From an uncultured Thermotogae bacterium (GTDB lineage: Bacteria; Bipolaricaulota; Bipolaricaulia; UBA7950; UBA9294), in the NCBI GenBank assembly GCA_964552295.1, contig CAZKFV010000121.1, forward strand, positions 2,227 through 66,226: a DNA stretch of 64,000 nucleotides, given 5' to 3'. Positions within the stretch are counted from its first letter, which is position 1. Each line of letters begins with the position of its first letter. This document shows positions 38,514 through 46,059 of the stretch, in pieces. A program made the translations under genes and the position numbers. The notes below the pieces were generated by a model. It worked only from the letters and a program-made list of their open reading frames with translations. It was not told the origin of the DNA and ran no database searches.

Positions 38514-39052
38514 GATTTCAGCTTCCTCCCATAGTCATAGCCCTCTTCGAACGCCTCTTTGTTCAGTTCGCAGAAGCGGGGAGGAACGGAAGCCTGAACT
38601 GAATCCAGCATTGCATCCTTGCTCACCATACCGGTGATAGCCACTATTGCTCCTAACATGACAACGTTGGCCACAACCCTGTTTCCTAAGCCCTCCGCCA
38701 ACTTCGTTGCCGGAACCTTATATAGGTGCACATCATCGTGAATCTCCCCCAGAGAAACCAAGTCCTCATCAACAATGAGGGTTCCTCCCTTGGCGATGGT
38801 TGAGCCAAAAGTGGTATACGCCTCTTGGGACATGATCACTAGTATATTGGGGGTTGTTACATTAGGATAAGAGATCCGATCTTGTGAGATGACAACATTG
38901 GCGCTGCATGCGCCTCCGCGCGCTTCAGGACCATAAGATTGTGTAAGAACAGCATTTAGATTGTCGTGGACTGTGGCAGCCCGCCCAGAAATCTTGGCGG
39001 CCGATATGATTCCTTGGCCGCCAAAGCCAGCAAACCGAACTTCTGTTCGCAT
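38510..39052 (-). CDS. 2-oxoacid:ferredoxin oxidoreductase gamma subunit (KorC-like)
   Basis: The 180-aa product contains the gamma-subunit motif GFGGQGIISAAKISG...QSYGPEARGG. It is separated from korDAB by the hdr/mvh/frd genes. Confidence 0.8.
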   Translation of the reverse strand: MRTEVRFAGFGGQGIISAAKISGRAATVHDNLNAVLTQSYGPEARGGACSANVVISQDRISYPNVTTPNILVIMSQEAYTTFGSTIAKGGTLIVDEDLVSLGEIHDDVHLYKVPATKLAEGLGNRVVANVVMLGAIVAITGMVSKDAMLDSVQASVPPRFCELNKEAFEEGYDYGRKLKS

Positions 39053-39125
39053 CGATTCGCTCCTTCTTAGTTGGTTGCAGGTTATTTGCGCTTGTGCTGA
39101 TGATCACAAATCCCGGCGCGCGGAC

Positions 39126-39154
39126 TATATAACCCTTTTCTCCTCGTATGTCAA
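39126..39154 (-). promoter_or_regulatory. Sigma70-like promoter (TTGACA-N17-TATATA) in the sucD-korC intergenic region, with its -35 box inside a CTCCTC/GAGGAG hairpin
   Basis: On the minus strand the sequence reads CTCCTCTTGACATACGAGGAGAAAAGGGTTATATAGTCC. The -35 and -10 boxes are 17 nt apart, and an inverted repeat CTCCTC-N9-GAGGAG overlaps the -35. Confidence 0.35.
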
Positions 39155-39164
39155 GAGGAGAAAC

Positions 39165-40031
39165 TCATATAATGTCATTTATTGCATGCCCTATCTTGGC
39201 GGGACTCTCCACTACAGTGACACCTGCTTGAGTAAGGGCAGTGATCTTTGCAGCGGCTGTCCCGCTTCCACCGGTCACTATCGCTCCCGCGTGTCCCATC
39301 CGCCTTCCTGGAGGTGCAGTACGCCCAGCAATAAAAGCTACAACAGGTTTACTGACATGTTCGGATATGTAATGAGCAGCTTCCTCCTCCGCACTACCTC
39401 CTATTTCTCCAATCAATACCATCGCCTCTGTTTGTGAATCAGCTTCAAACATCTCTAACAAATCGATAAACGAAAGACCGACTATGGGGTCTCCTCCCAT
39501 TCCTACACATGTTGACTGTCCTATTCCTCGCTGCGATAGCTGGTTTACCGCCTCATAGGTCAAAGTACCACTACGCGACATAACCCCCACACTTCCTTGC
39601 CGATGGATGTACCCTGCCATTAGGCCCAATTTCGCTTTACCTGGAGATATAATACCAGGTGTATTAGGCCCGATAAGCTTAGTGTGGTGAATGTCCAGGT
39701 ACCTACGGACATGTACCATGTCATTCACTGGAATCCCCTCAGTTAGGCATATGACAAGCTCGAGGCCTGCTTCCGCTGCTTCCAAGATGGCATCAGCGGC
39801 AAACCTAGGAGGAACAAAGATCATGGACACATTCGGATTGCAATTCTCAACCGCCTCGCTAACCGTATTGAATACTGGTACACCATGAACAGCCTGTCCC
39901 GCCTTGCCAGGGGTAACGCCGGCCACAACATTAGTGCCGTAAGCAATCATCTGTTCTGTATGAAAGCTACCTTCCCTTCCAGTAATCCCCTGAATCAGCG
40001 CTCGCGTATTCTCATCAACTAAGATGCTCAT
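39165..40031 (-). CDS. sucD: Succinyl-CoA synthetase alpha subunit
   Basis: The N-terminus is [27 protein letters not shown]; the product also carries the CoA-binding and phosphohistidine loop. Confidence 0.92.
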   Translation of the reverse strand: MSILVDENTRALIQGITGREGSFHTEQMIAYGTNVVAGVTPGKAGQAVHGVPVFNTVSEAVENCNPNVSMIFVPPRFAADAILEAAEAGLELVICLTEGIPVNDMVHVRRYLDIHHTKLIGPNTPGIISPGKAKLGLMAGYIHRQGSVGVMSRSGTLTYEAVNQLSQRGIGQSTCVGMGGDPIVGLSFIDLLEMFEADSQTEAMVLIGEIGGSAEEEAAHYISEHVSKPVVAFIAGRTAPPGRRMGHAGAIVTGGSGTAAAKITALTQAGVTVVESPAKIGHAINDII

Positions 40032-41196
40032 TCTTTTCCCCTCCTAGCGCTTGAGCAACTAGTGTCGCTGCCTCGTCTAAGTCACTAGCCCGCAGAAATT
40101 CAAGTCCTGATTGAGCAAGGATGTCTCTTCCTTCCTCAACGTTTGTACCCTCCAATCGCACAATCACCGGAACCTGAACCTGCAGTCTCTTGACCGCAGC
40201 TACAATGCCACGCGCCAGAATGTCGCAGCGCAGTATTCCACCGAATATGTTGATGAACACCGCTCGCACATCCGGGTCAGAAAGCAAGAGCGAAAAACCC
40301 TTCTCGATCATTTCCTCGTTCGCGCTTCCCCCAACATCTAAAAAGTTCGCAGGAGTTGCTCCAGCAAGCTTGATTAGGTCCATGGTGGCCATAGCTAAGC
40401 CTGCTCCATTGACCAAGCAACCAACATTGCCATCAAGCTTAATGTAATTCAAGTGGTTCTTCTTTGCTTGCGATTCAAGTGGGTTTTCCTCGTTTGGGTC
40501 TTGTAGCTTTTCAATCTCCGGGTGGCGAAAGATCCCGTTATCATCGAAGTTAATCTTCGCGTCTAGTGCGATGACGTCATCCTCAAAATCGACCACTAAC
40601 GGGTTGATCTCCACTAACATACAATCCTTATCCAAGAACAAGCGGTAAAGGTTGTTTATTATCTTTGCTACTTGTGATGTGGCCTGCGTGCTCAGTCCTA
40701 ATTTTACCGCCAGCCGGTAGCACTGAAACGCACGTAAACCAATCTCAGGCCAAACCCATTCCTTGAAAATCCTGTCCGGGAAATCTTTGGCTATCTGCTC
40801 GATTTCCATTCCCCCAGCAGGGCTAGCCATGATTACGGGGAGTCTTCGGTAACGGTCAATCGTAATCCCTAAGTAGATCTCCGTCTTGACCTTGGTTGCT
40901 TCCTCAATGAGGACCCGATGCACCACACGCCCTTCAGGGCCAGTTTGGTGTGTAACTAGCGGATAATTAAGGATCTTCTCTGCAAAATGCCCTGCTTCTT
41001 GGGCGGAGTCAACTATCTTCACCCCTCCCGCCTTCCCTCTTCCCCCCGCGTAGATCTGAGCTTTCACTACGACTGGACCAGAGAAAGCAGAGGCCACTTT
41101 GCTTGCCTCACTTGGCGTGGAAACCACATTTCCAGCCGGCACGGGGATGGAGAAGGAAGAGAACAGCTCTTTAGCTTGATACTCGTGAACCTTCAT
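40015..41196 (-). CDS. sucC: Succinyl-CoA synthetase beta subunit (ATP-grasp)
   Basis: The N-terminus is [12 protein letters not shown]...[18 protein letters not shown]. The start has a GGAGG RBS. Confidence 0.92.
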   Translation of the reverse strand: MKVHEYQAKELFSSFSIPVPAGNVVSTPSEASKVASAFSGPVVVKAQIYAGGRGKAGGVKIVDSAQEAGHFAEKILNYPLVTHQTGPEGRVVHRVLIEEATKVKTEIYLGITIDRYRRLPVIMASPAGGMEIEQIAKDFPDRIFKEWVWPEIGLRAFQCYRLAVKLGLSTQATSQVAKIINNLYRLFLDKDCMLVEINPLVVDFEDDVIALDAKINFDDNGIFRHPEIEKLQDPNEENPLESQAKKNHLNYIKLDGNVGCLVNGAGLAMATMDLIKLAGATPANFLDVGGSANEEMIEKGFSLLLSDPDVRAVFINIFGGILRCDILARGIVAAVKRLQVQVPVIVRLEGTNVEEGRDILAQSGLEFLRASDLDEAATLVAQALGGEKNEHLS

Positions 41197-41282
41197 CCTG
41201 CCTCCTTGAGATGTTGATTACAAATCACGGCCTGAAACAGTATGAAAACTTAACTGGTAAATCAAGCAAAAACTCTAACACA

Positions 41283-41310
41283 AAAAAAGCCCACGTGTTT
41301 AAACATGGAC
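41283..41310 (-). terminator. Putative rho-independent terminator downstream of tRNA-Val
   Basis: The minus-strand RNA GUCCAUG-UUUAAACA-CGUGGGC forms a 7-bp stem with two G-U pairs, followed by UUUUUUU. Confidence 0.4.
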
Positions 41311-41313
41311 AAA

Positions 41314-41386
41314 TGGGCGAAGCAGGGCTCGAACCTGCGACCTTTCGGATGTGACCCGAACGCTCTTCCAACTGAGCTATTCGCCC
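41314..41386 (-). tRNA. tRNA-Val (anticodon CAC); the 3' CCA is not encoded
   Basis: The reverse complement GGGCGAATAGCTCAGTTGGAAGAGCGTTCGGGTCACATCCGAAAGGTCGCAGGTTCGAGCCCTGCTTCGCCCA folds as a cloverleaf. It has a 7-bp acceptor stem, a D-arm GCTC/GAGC, an anticodon stem TTCGG/CCGAA with loop GTCACAT, and a T-arm GCAGG-TTCGAGC-CCTGC. Confidence 0.8.
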
Positions 41387-41426
41387 AATTCTCACTTACT
41401 TATTCTAGCCCCTCTATATAGACCGA

Positions 41427-42671
41427 TCAAGCATCAAATTGAGCACTGTCCAACATGTCAGCCAGGCTTTCCCCAGCTCGTTTGCGCGTAATCTCGACCA
41501 GACCTAGTCCCGTCAAGTCGACAAAATCTGCTGATATCCTATCCTTCCTGAGTTCTTCCTTGACCCTATCAATCAACAACTGCTCGTCTTTCGCATCTAG
41601 CATATCCACAAAATCAACTACTATGATCCCGCTCATCTGTCTTAGACGCAACTGACGCGCAATCTCGGCAGCTGCTTCTAAATTTGTATTAAGGATAGCC
41701 GAGCGCTGATTGCGGTGCTGCACATCGCCTCCTGTATTAACATCAATAGCAATCAACGCCTCCGTTTCATCAATAACGATGGATCCTCCGCCTTCCAACG
41801 GGACACGGCGAGACTGGGTAGCTTGGATCTGTTCCTCTAGCGGATAGTGTTGAAACATTGGGTCCTTTTCCTCGTACAGGGTGATCCGACTCTTGTATTG
41901 GTCCATATGCATGTACTCCAAGAAGTACAGGATTTTCTCATAGAAGAACTCCGAATCCACAATCACTTCTGTAACATCGGATAACAGACGATCCCGCAAG
42001 ATCGTTTGTACAAGCCCCATTCCTTTGTACAAAAGCTGTGGAGAAGATGATGTTTTTGCTGCGCTCTCGATGCTTTCCCAGGTTCTCATCAGCAACTCAT
42101 AGTCGCGTGCTAGCTCCTCCTTACTTGCAGTCTGCGCTGCAGTGCGGGCGATCATCCCTTGTCCTTCCTTCTTGAGCTGGCGCGCTACACGCCGCAATTG
42201 CCGCTGTGTTCGTACACTATCGATACGTCGTGATACGCCCAATCTGTCCTCAGTAGGTAGTAAGACCCAGAAACGGCCCGGCAGGCTTATCTTGGTCGTT
42301 CCTTGAGGGTTCTTTGAACCAATTCCTCCACGCCTAACCTGCAAAGTAAGCGTTTGCCCAGGTCGAAGGAGTTTATTGATCGCGGCTGCGCCTTGCCAAG
42401 GTTTGAACCCCTTTTCTATCATTATCTGGTCGTTAATCTCTCCCTTGGACAAAAACAGGCTCTTCTTCTCTCCGACATCCACGAAGGCTGAACCGAGTCC
42501 AGGCAATACGTCTTCCACTTTCCCTTTGTAAATATTCCCAACGATATTCTCCTGAGTTGGATGCCCGTAGTAGATCTCCATCAAGCGATCATCTTCAACG
42601 ATCGCTACACGCGTCCGTTTTACGTGTTTCTCGGTAGTATCAACCGTTATTAATATACGTTTCCCTTTAAT
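41427..42671 (-). CDS. rng: Ribonuclease G/E family endoribonuclease (RNase G-like)
   Basis: Contains the S1 domain (IVGNIYKGKVEDVLPGLGSAFVDVG) and the catalytic DNase I-like region (AIDVNTGG...IVVDFVD). Conserved N-terminal residues (KRILITVDTTEKHVKRTRVAIVEDDRL) are encoded upstream of the TTG chosen by the ORF track. The only in-frame initiator after the upstream TGA is ATT at about 42669-42671, 4 nt after a GGTGA SD. Confidence 0.8.
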   Translation of the reverse strand: MKGKRILITVDTTEKHVKRTRVAIVEDDRLMEIYYGHPTQENIVGNIYKGKVEDVLPGLGSAFVDVGEKKSLFLSKGEINDQIMIEKGFKPWQGAAAINKLLRPGQTLTLQVRRGGIGSKNPQGTTKISLPGRFWVLLPTEDRLGVSRRIDSVRTQRQLRRVARQLKKEGQGMIARTAAQTASKEELARDYELLMRTWESIESAAKTSSSPQLLYKGMGLVQTILRDRLLSDVTEVIVDSEFFYEKILYFLEYMHMDQYKSRITLYEEKDPMFQHYPLEEQIQATQSRRVPLEGGGSIVIDETEALIAIDVNTGGDVQHRNQRSAILNTNLEAAAEIARQLRLRQMSGIIVVDFVDMLDAKDEQLLIDRVKEELRKDRISADFVDLTGLGLVEITRKRAGESLADMLDSAQFDA

Positions 42672-43183
42672 TTTGTCACCTTCTTTTTCTCATCGAGTCC
42701 CGCCAGCAGGTAAGCGTACGGTGTTCCTTGCCCCGGTACTTTTATTCCAGGCGCAATCTCCAAAAGCGGAACAAGTACGAAACGTCGCTCGTGCATTCGG
42801 GGATGCGGTATCTCAAGCTCAGCCATCTGATATACATCTTGCTTGTAAAGAAGAATATCGATATCGATCGTCCGTGGACCAAATCGAAAGGTGTTTTGCC
42901 TATTTCCAAGATGCTCTGCTTCCTTACACAAACCCAGAAGCTGCATCGCGGAAAGGTCAGTCTTGACCGCAACCACCGCGTTTACAAACCATGGTTGTTC
43001 TTCAAAACCTATTGGCTCCGTTTCGTAAAGCGAAGAACGCTGCACTATACTTACCCCGCTTTTTCCCAAAAAGGAAATCGCTGAGCTGATTTGCTTGCGA
43101 CGGTCTCCTATGTTAGAACCAAGCCCTAGGTAGGCAAGTTTTCTGAATTCTTCCTCTCTTTCTCTAGCTCTACTGCCGCACAT
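42650..43183 (-). CDS. folK: 2-amino-4-hydroxy-6-hydroxymethyldihydropteridine pyrophosphokinase (HPPK)
   Basis: Contains the HPPK signature LAYLGLGSNIGDR...SLYETEPIG...GPRTIDIDILLY. Confidence 0.8.
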   Translation of the reverse strand: MCGSRAREREEEFRKLAYLGLGSNIGDRRKQISSAISFLGKSGVSIVQRSSLYETEPIGFEEQPWFVNAVVAVKTDLSAMQLLGLCKEAEHLGNRQNTFRFGPRTIDIDILLYKQDVYQMAELEIPHPRMHERRFVLVPLLEIAPGIKVPGQGTPYAYLLAGLDEKKKVTKLKGNVY

Positions 43184-43527
43184 CTCACTGTTCCCAGACC
43201 CATAGGGGCCAACTTTTCCACCCGTACAGCAATCCTTTGTATCTTCGGAAACCGTTCAAGTATTGCATTTGCTATGCCATCAGCCAAGGACTCGATAAGA
43301 AAGTATCTTTTGGCCTGGTTGACATTACGAACTACCTGCACCATCTCCGAATAATCAACAGACTCTTCCAGTTTATCACTTGAGAAAGATTTGCTAAAAT
43401 CGCCCTCTGCCCGAAGATCTACGCAAAAGCGACTCCCGTTTATCCGCTCTGCATCGTAGTATCCATGAAAACCGATCAACTCGATCTCACACACCTCGAT
43501 ACGCGCACTTATAAGCCTATTTTCCAT
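43126..43527 (-). CDS. folB: Dihydroneopterin aldolase
   Basis: The 133-aa product has the FolB fold motif (GFHGYYDAERINGSRFCVDL). It is coupled to folK. Confidence 0.8.
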   Translation of the reverse strand: MENRLISARIEVCEIELIGFHGYYDAERINGSRFCVDLRAEGDFSKSFSSDKLEESVDYSEMVQVVRNVNQAKRYFLIESLADGIANAILERFPKIQRIAVRVEKLAPMGLGTVRCAAVELEKERKNSENLPT

Positions 43528-43540
43528 CTTTCATCTTCGC

Positions 43541-44032
43541 CTAATTCAGGTTGGCTGTACCATTGACAAGCGTGCTGAAGTCCGCCACATAATCACAGAG
43601 GTTTACGGCCCTGTTGCCTACAAAACTATTTCCAATTAACACATCTGGGATAAAGAGCGAGCAGGAGATATTCTCGTTGTCAGTAAGACAAGGCTCACTG
43701 ATCACTAGCTGCTGGCATTCTTGAAATGGCATTCTGTAAGCCTGTCTCATGCATTGCGTACTCACAGATGCAAGAACATGCCAAAACAGCTTAGCAGTCT
43801 GATCCAGTGACAGCATCTGCCATCCGTCGTTGTATTCAGCGGTTGAGAACCATTCTAAGCAACAACATGCGCAAAGCCATATTTTAGGGTCGCTATTTCC
43901 TGCTACCTGCAGATTCACCAACTCTTGTATCTTAACCTCATCAAGTTCATGTAGTCCATCAGCTCTCAACAAAGCCATGGAACAGAAATCCTTGTCTTGC
44001 GCAACAAAGCTCAGATGGTTGCCCATTCTCAC
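43541..44032 (-). CDS. Hypothetical Cys-rich protein (11 Cys including a CACCC cluster)
   Basis: A 163-aa ORF with no recognisable family. It sits in an operon-like position between rplT and folB. Confidence 0.4.
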   Translation of the reverse strand: MRMGNHLSFVAQDKDFCSMALLRADGLHELDEVKIQELVNLQVAGNSDPKIWLCACCCLEWFSTAEYNDGWQMLSLDQTAKLFWHVLASVSTQCMRQAYRMPFQECQQLVISEPCLTDNENISCSLFIPDVLIGNSFVGNRAVNLCDYVADFSTLVNGTANLN

Positions 44033-44322
44033 ACCTCAAGCATGTTCAACCTCTGCAAATAGCAACGACTCACTTCACCAATTAGCATTTTAGAAGAACC
44101 CTCAAGGAAGTGATCGATTAATTGACAAAGAGTCCCCTGTACAGAAGACCCGGTAGGGTCAGGCATATTGGGAAACCTGAAAGCAAGCAGTTTTGAAGTA
44201 GGCACACCAAAGAAAAGCATTCATCCAAAGCATATGAACCGCTTCGCCATGAAGAAAAACCGTATATACTTTTTCTTTCCAACGCCTTTTCCAGGTAAGG
44301 GGCAATCTCTTTGCAATTCAAT

Positions 44323-44685
44323 CTACCCCTTGACCGCCTCCTTTTTTGCCATCTCCGCTAACACGGAGAACGCATCGGTGTCGTGGATAGCGATCTCAGA
44401 CAACATCTTACGATTTAAGCCTATTCCCTTTTTCTGCAGGCCGCCAATGAATGCCGAATATGATAAACCGTTCTGTTTTGCCGCTGCTCCTATTCTAATA
44501 ATCCACAATCTTCGAAAATCGCGCTTGCGGCGCCGCCGATCGATATAGCTATTGCGTAGCGCTTTCATCACCGCTTGCTTGGCAATACGGTGCGATGTAC
44601 CACGCTTGCCCTTGAAACCTTTAGCGAGCTGCATAATCTTCTTGCGGCTCTGCAATCTCTTGTTACCCCCACGTGCTCGTGGCAT
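44323..44685 (-). CDS. rplT: 50S ribosomal protein L20
   Basis: Has the canonical L20 sequence (MPRARGGNKRLQSRKKIMQLAKGFKGKRG...). Confidence 0.95.
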   Translation of the reverse strand: MPRARGGNKRLQSRKKIMQLAKGFKGKRGTSHRIAKQAVMKALRNSYIDRRRRKRDFRRLWIIRIGAAAKQNGLSYSAFIGGLQKKGIGLNRKMLSEIAIHDTDAFSVLAEMAKKEAVKG

Positions 44686-44704
44686 CTTCTTCCTCCTGAT
44701 CTAT

Positions 44705-44899
44705 TTAACCACCGATCATCCGCTTTATGTTCTTTGCCTGTCCGCCGTATATCGGCTTATCCTGACGAGCTTGTCTAATCGACTTCGAGCGCTTCTTCAC
44801 ATTCTTGTGAAAATAGTTCGACATGTGATGGAAGAGCACACCGCTCTTCGAGCGCCGAAACCGCTTACTAGCCGCTCGGTGTGTCTTCTGTTTAGGCAT
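44705..44899 (-). CDS. rpmI: 50S ribosomal protein L35
   Basis: The 64-aa product begins MPKQKTHRAASKRFRRSKSG. Confidence 0.93.
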   Translation of the reverse strand: MPKQKTHRAASKRFRRSKSGVLFHHMSNYFHKNVKKRSKSIRQARQDKPIYGGQAKNIKRMIGG

Positions 44900-44917
44900 C
44901 TTCTACACTCCTTTCTA

Positions 44918-45424
44918 TCAGTTCTTCTGGTTTGGCACCAGTAACATCTGAAGTATCTTCCCTCTCGCTTTTGGTTGCTCATCTACTCGAGCAACATCAC
45001 TTAGTTCATCAGCCACCCGCTTCAAAAGATCATGCCCTCGCGAAGCATGGACAATCTCTCGCCCACGGAAGAAGATCGAGACGCGCACCATGTCACCGTT
45101 GCTTAAGAATTCCCGTACTCTCCTCATTTTCGTCTGAAAGTCATGCTCACCGATTTTGATCGTGAACTTCATCTCCTTCAAACGAGAACGATGCTTCTGC
45201 TTCCGGTCACGCTTTTCCTGCTGATAATGATACTTACCATAATCCACTATTTTACACACTCGGGGCTCAGACTGCGATGCTACCTCTACCAGATCAAGCC
45301 CCTTATTCTTGGCAAGCGCTATCGCATCCTCTGTGGCCATACGCCCTAAGTTATCGCCCTTATCGTCTATCACTAGTACTTCTGGCTCGCGAATCCGTTC
45401 ATTAACGCGCAAACTTCTTTTGAT
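44918..45424 (-). CDS. infC: Translation initiation factor IF-3
   Basis: Has the IF-3 N- and C-domains (VNERIREPEVLVIDDKGDNLG...; KEMKFTIKIGEHDFQTKMR). The ORF-track start is a TTG at 45410-45412. An in-frame ATC lies 4 codons upstream, 4 nt after a GGAGGT SD, and may be the real non-canonical start. Confidence 0.88.
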   Translation of the reverse strand: MKRSLRVNERIREPEVLVIDDKGDNLGRMATEDAIALAKNKGLDLVEVASQSEPRVCKIVDYGKYHYQQEKRDRKQKHRSRLKEMKFTIKIGEHDFQTKMRRVREFLSNGDMVRVSIFFRGREIVHASRGHDLLKRVADELSDVARVDEQPKARGKILQMLLVPNQKN

Positions 45425-45441
45425 GCCTACCTCCTATTCCT

Positions 45442-46059
45442 TCACTTCGCTCGCACCGATTGTTGTTTCTGGTACAAGCCATGCTCCTCTATGTAGCTCG
45501 CCACTGCTTCAGGCATACATTCTGGAATTTCCTCTTTACGCATTATCTTGTCGCGAATCCACGTGGAAGAAAGGTCAACCTCTTGCATCTCCAAAAATGA
45601 GATCTCAGCATGGTCAAAGGGCGGGACCTTAAAATGCTCCTCAGAGACTCCACCTCTAGGAGCAACCAAGAAAGGGACGCTGACAAGTAGCTTCTGTGGT
45701 TCCTTCCAAGTCTCAATTTGCAACAGGAGATCTGCTCCAACAATGAAACACATTTTTTGTACATACTTGCCTTTCAAAGCCAAGATAGTATCTATAGTGT
45801 AAGAAGGACCTTCGCGGTCTATCTCGATGCGCGATACGGAGAAGTAGGGAAACGGTGAGATTGCTTCCTTGACCATGGCGTAGCGATCCTCCTTGCTGAC
45901 ATTCTCCACAATCTCCTTATGCGGAGGAATCCCGCTTGGAATAAAAACAACCTGCGATAACCCAAACTGCTCATAAGCAGCCTGTGCTACTAGCAGATGT
46001 GCTTGATGCGGCGGGTTGAACGTCCCTCCAAAAAGGCCAACCCTATGCCTCAAGTTCAA
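45442..46059 (-). CDS. nadD: Nicotinate-nucleotide adenylyltransferase
   Basis: The N-terminus VGLFGGTFNPPHQAHLLVA carries the HxGH motif. Confidence 0.88.
   Translation of the reverse strand: MNLRHRVGLFGGTFNPPHQAHLLVAQAAYEQFGLSQVVFIPSGIPPHKEIVENVSKEDRYAMVKEAISPFPYFSVSRIEIDREGPSYTIDTILALKGKYVQKMCFIVGADLLLQIETWKEPQKLLVSVPFLVAPRGGVSEEHFKVPPFDHAEISFLEMQEVDLSSTWIRDKIMRKEEIPECMPEAVASYIEEHGLYQKQQSVRAK

Noticed and set aside
41197-41426. I looked for additional tRNAs or a tRNA array around tRNA-Val, and for an integrase or attachment-site signature next to it.
   Set aside because: Only one cloverleaf is present. Flanking genes are housekeeping (sucC, rng), and no direct repeat of the tRNA 3' end and no integrase are within reach.
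44033-44322. A terminator or promoter in the 290-nt gap downstream of rplT (AAGGGG...CCCCTT stem with a 23-nt loop; TAAAAT -10-like box).
   Set aside because: The stem is interrupted and not followed by a U-tract, and no -35 partner exists at the right spacing. I left the gap unannotated.
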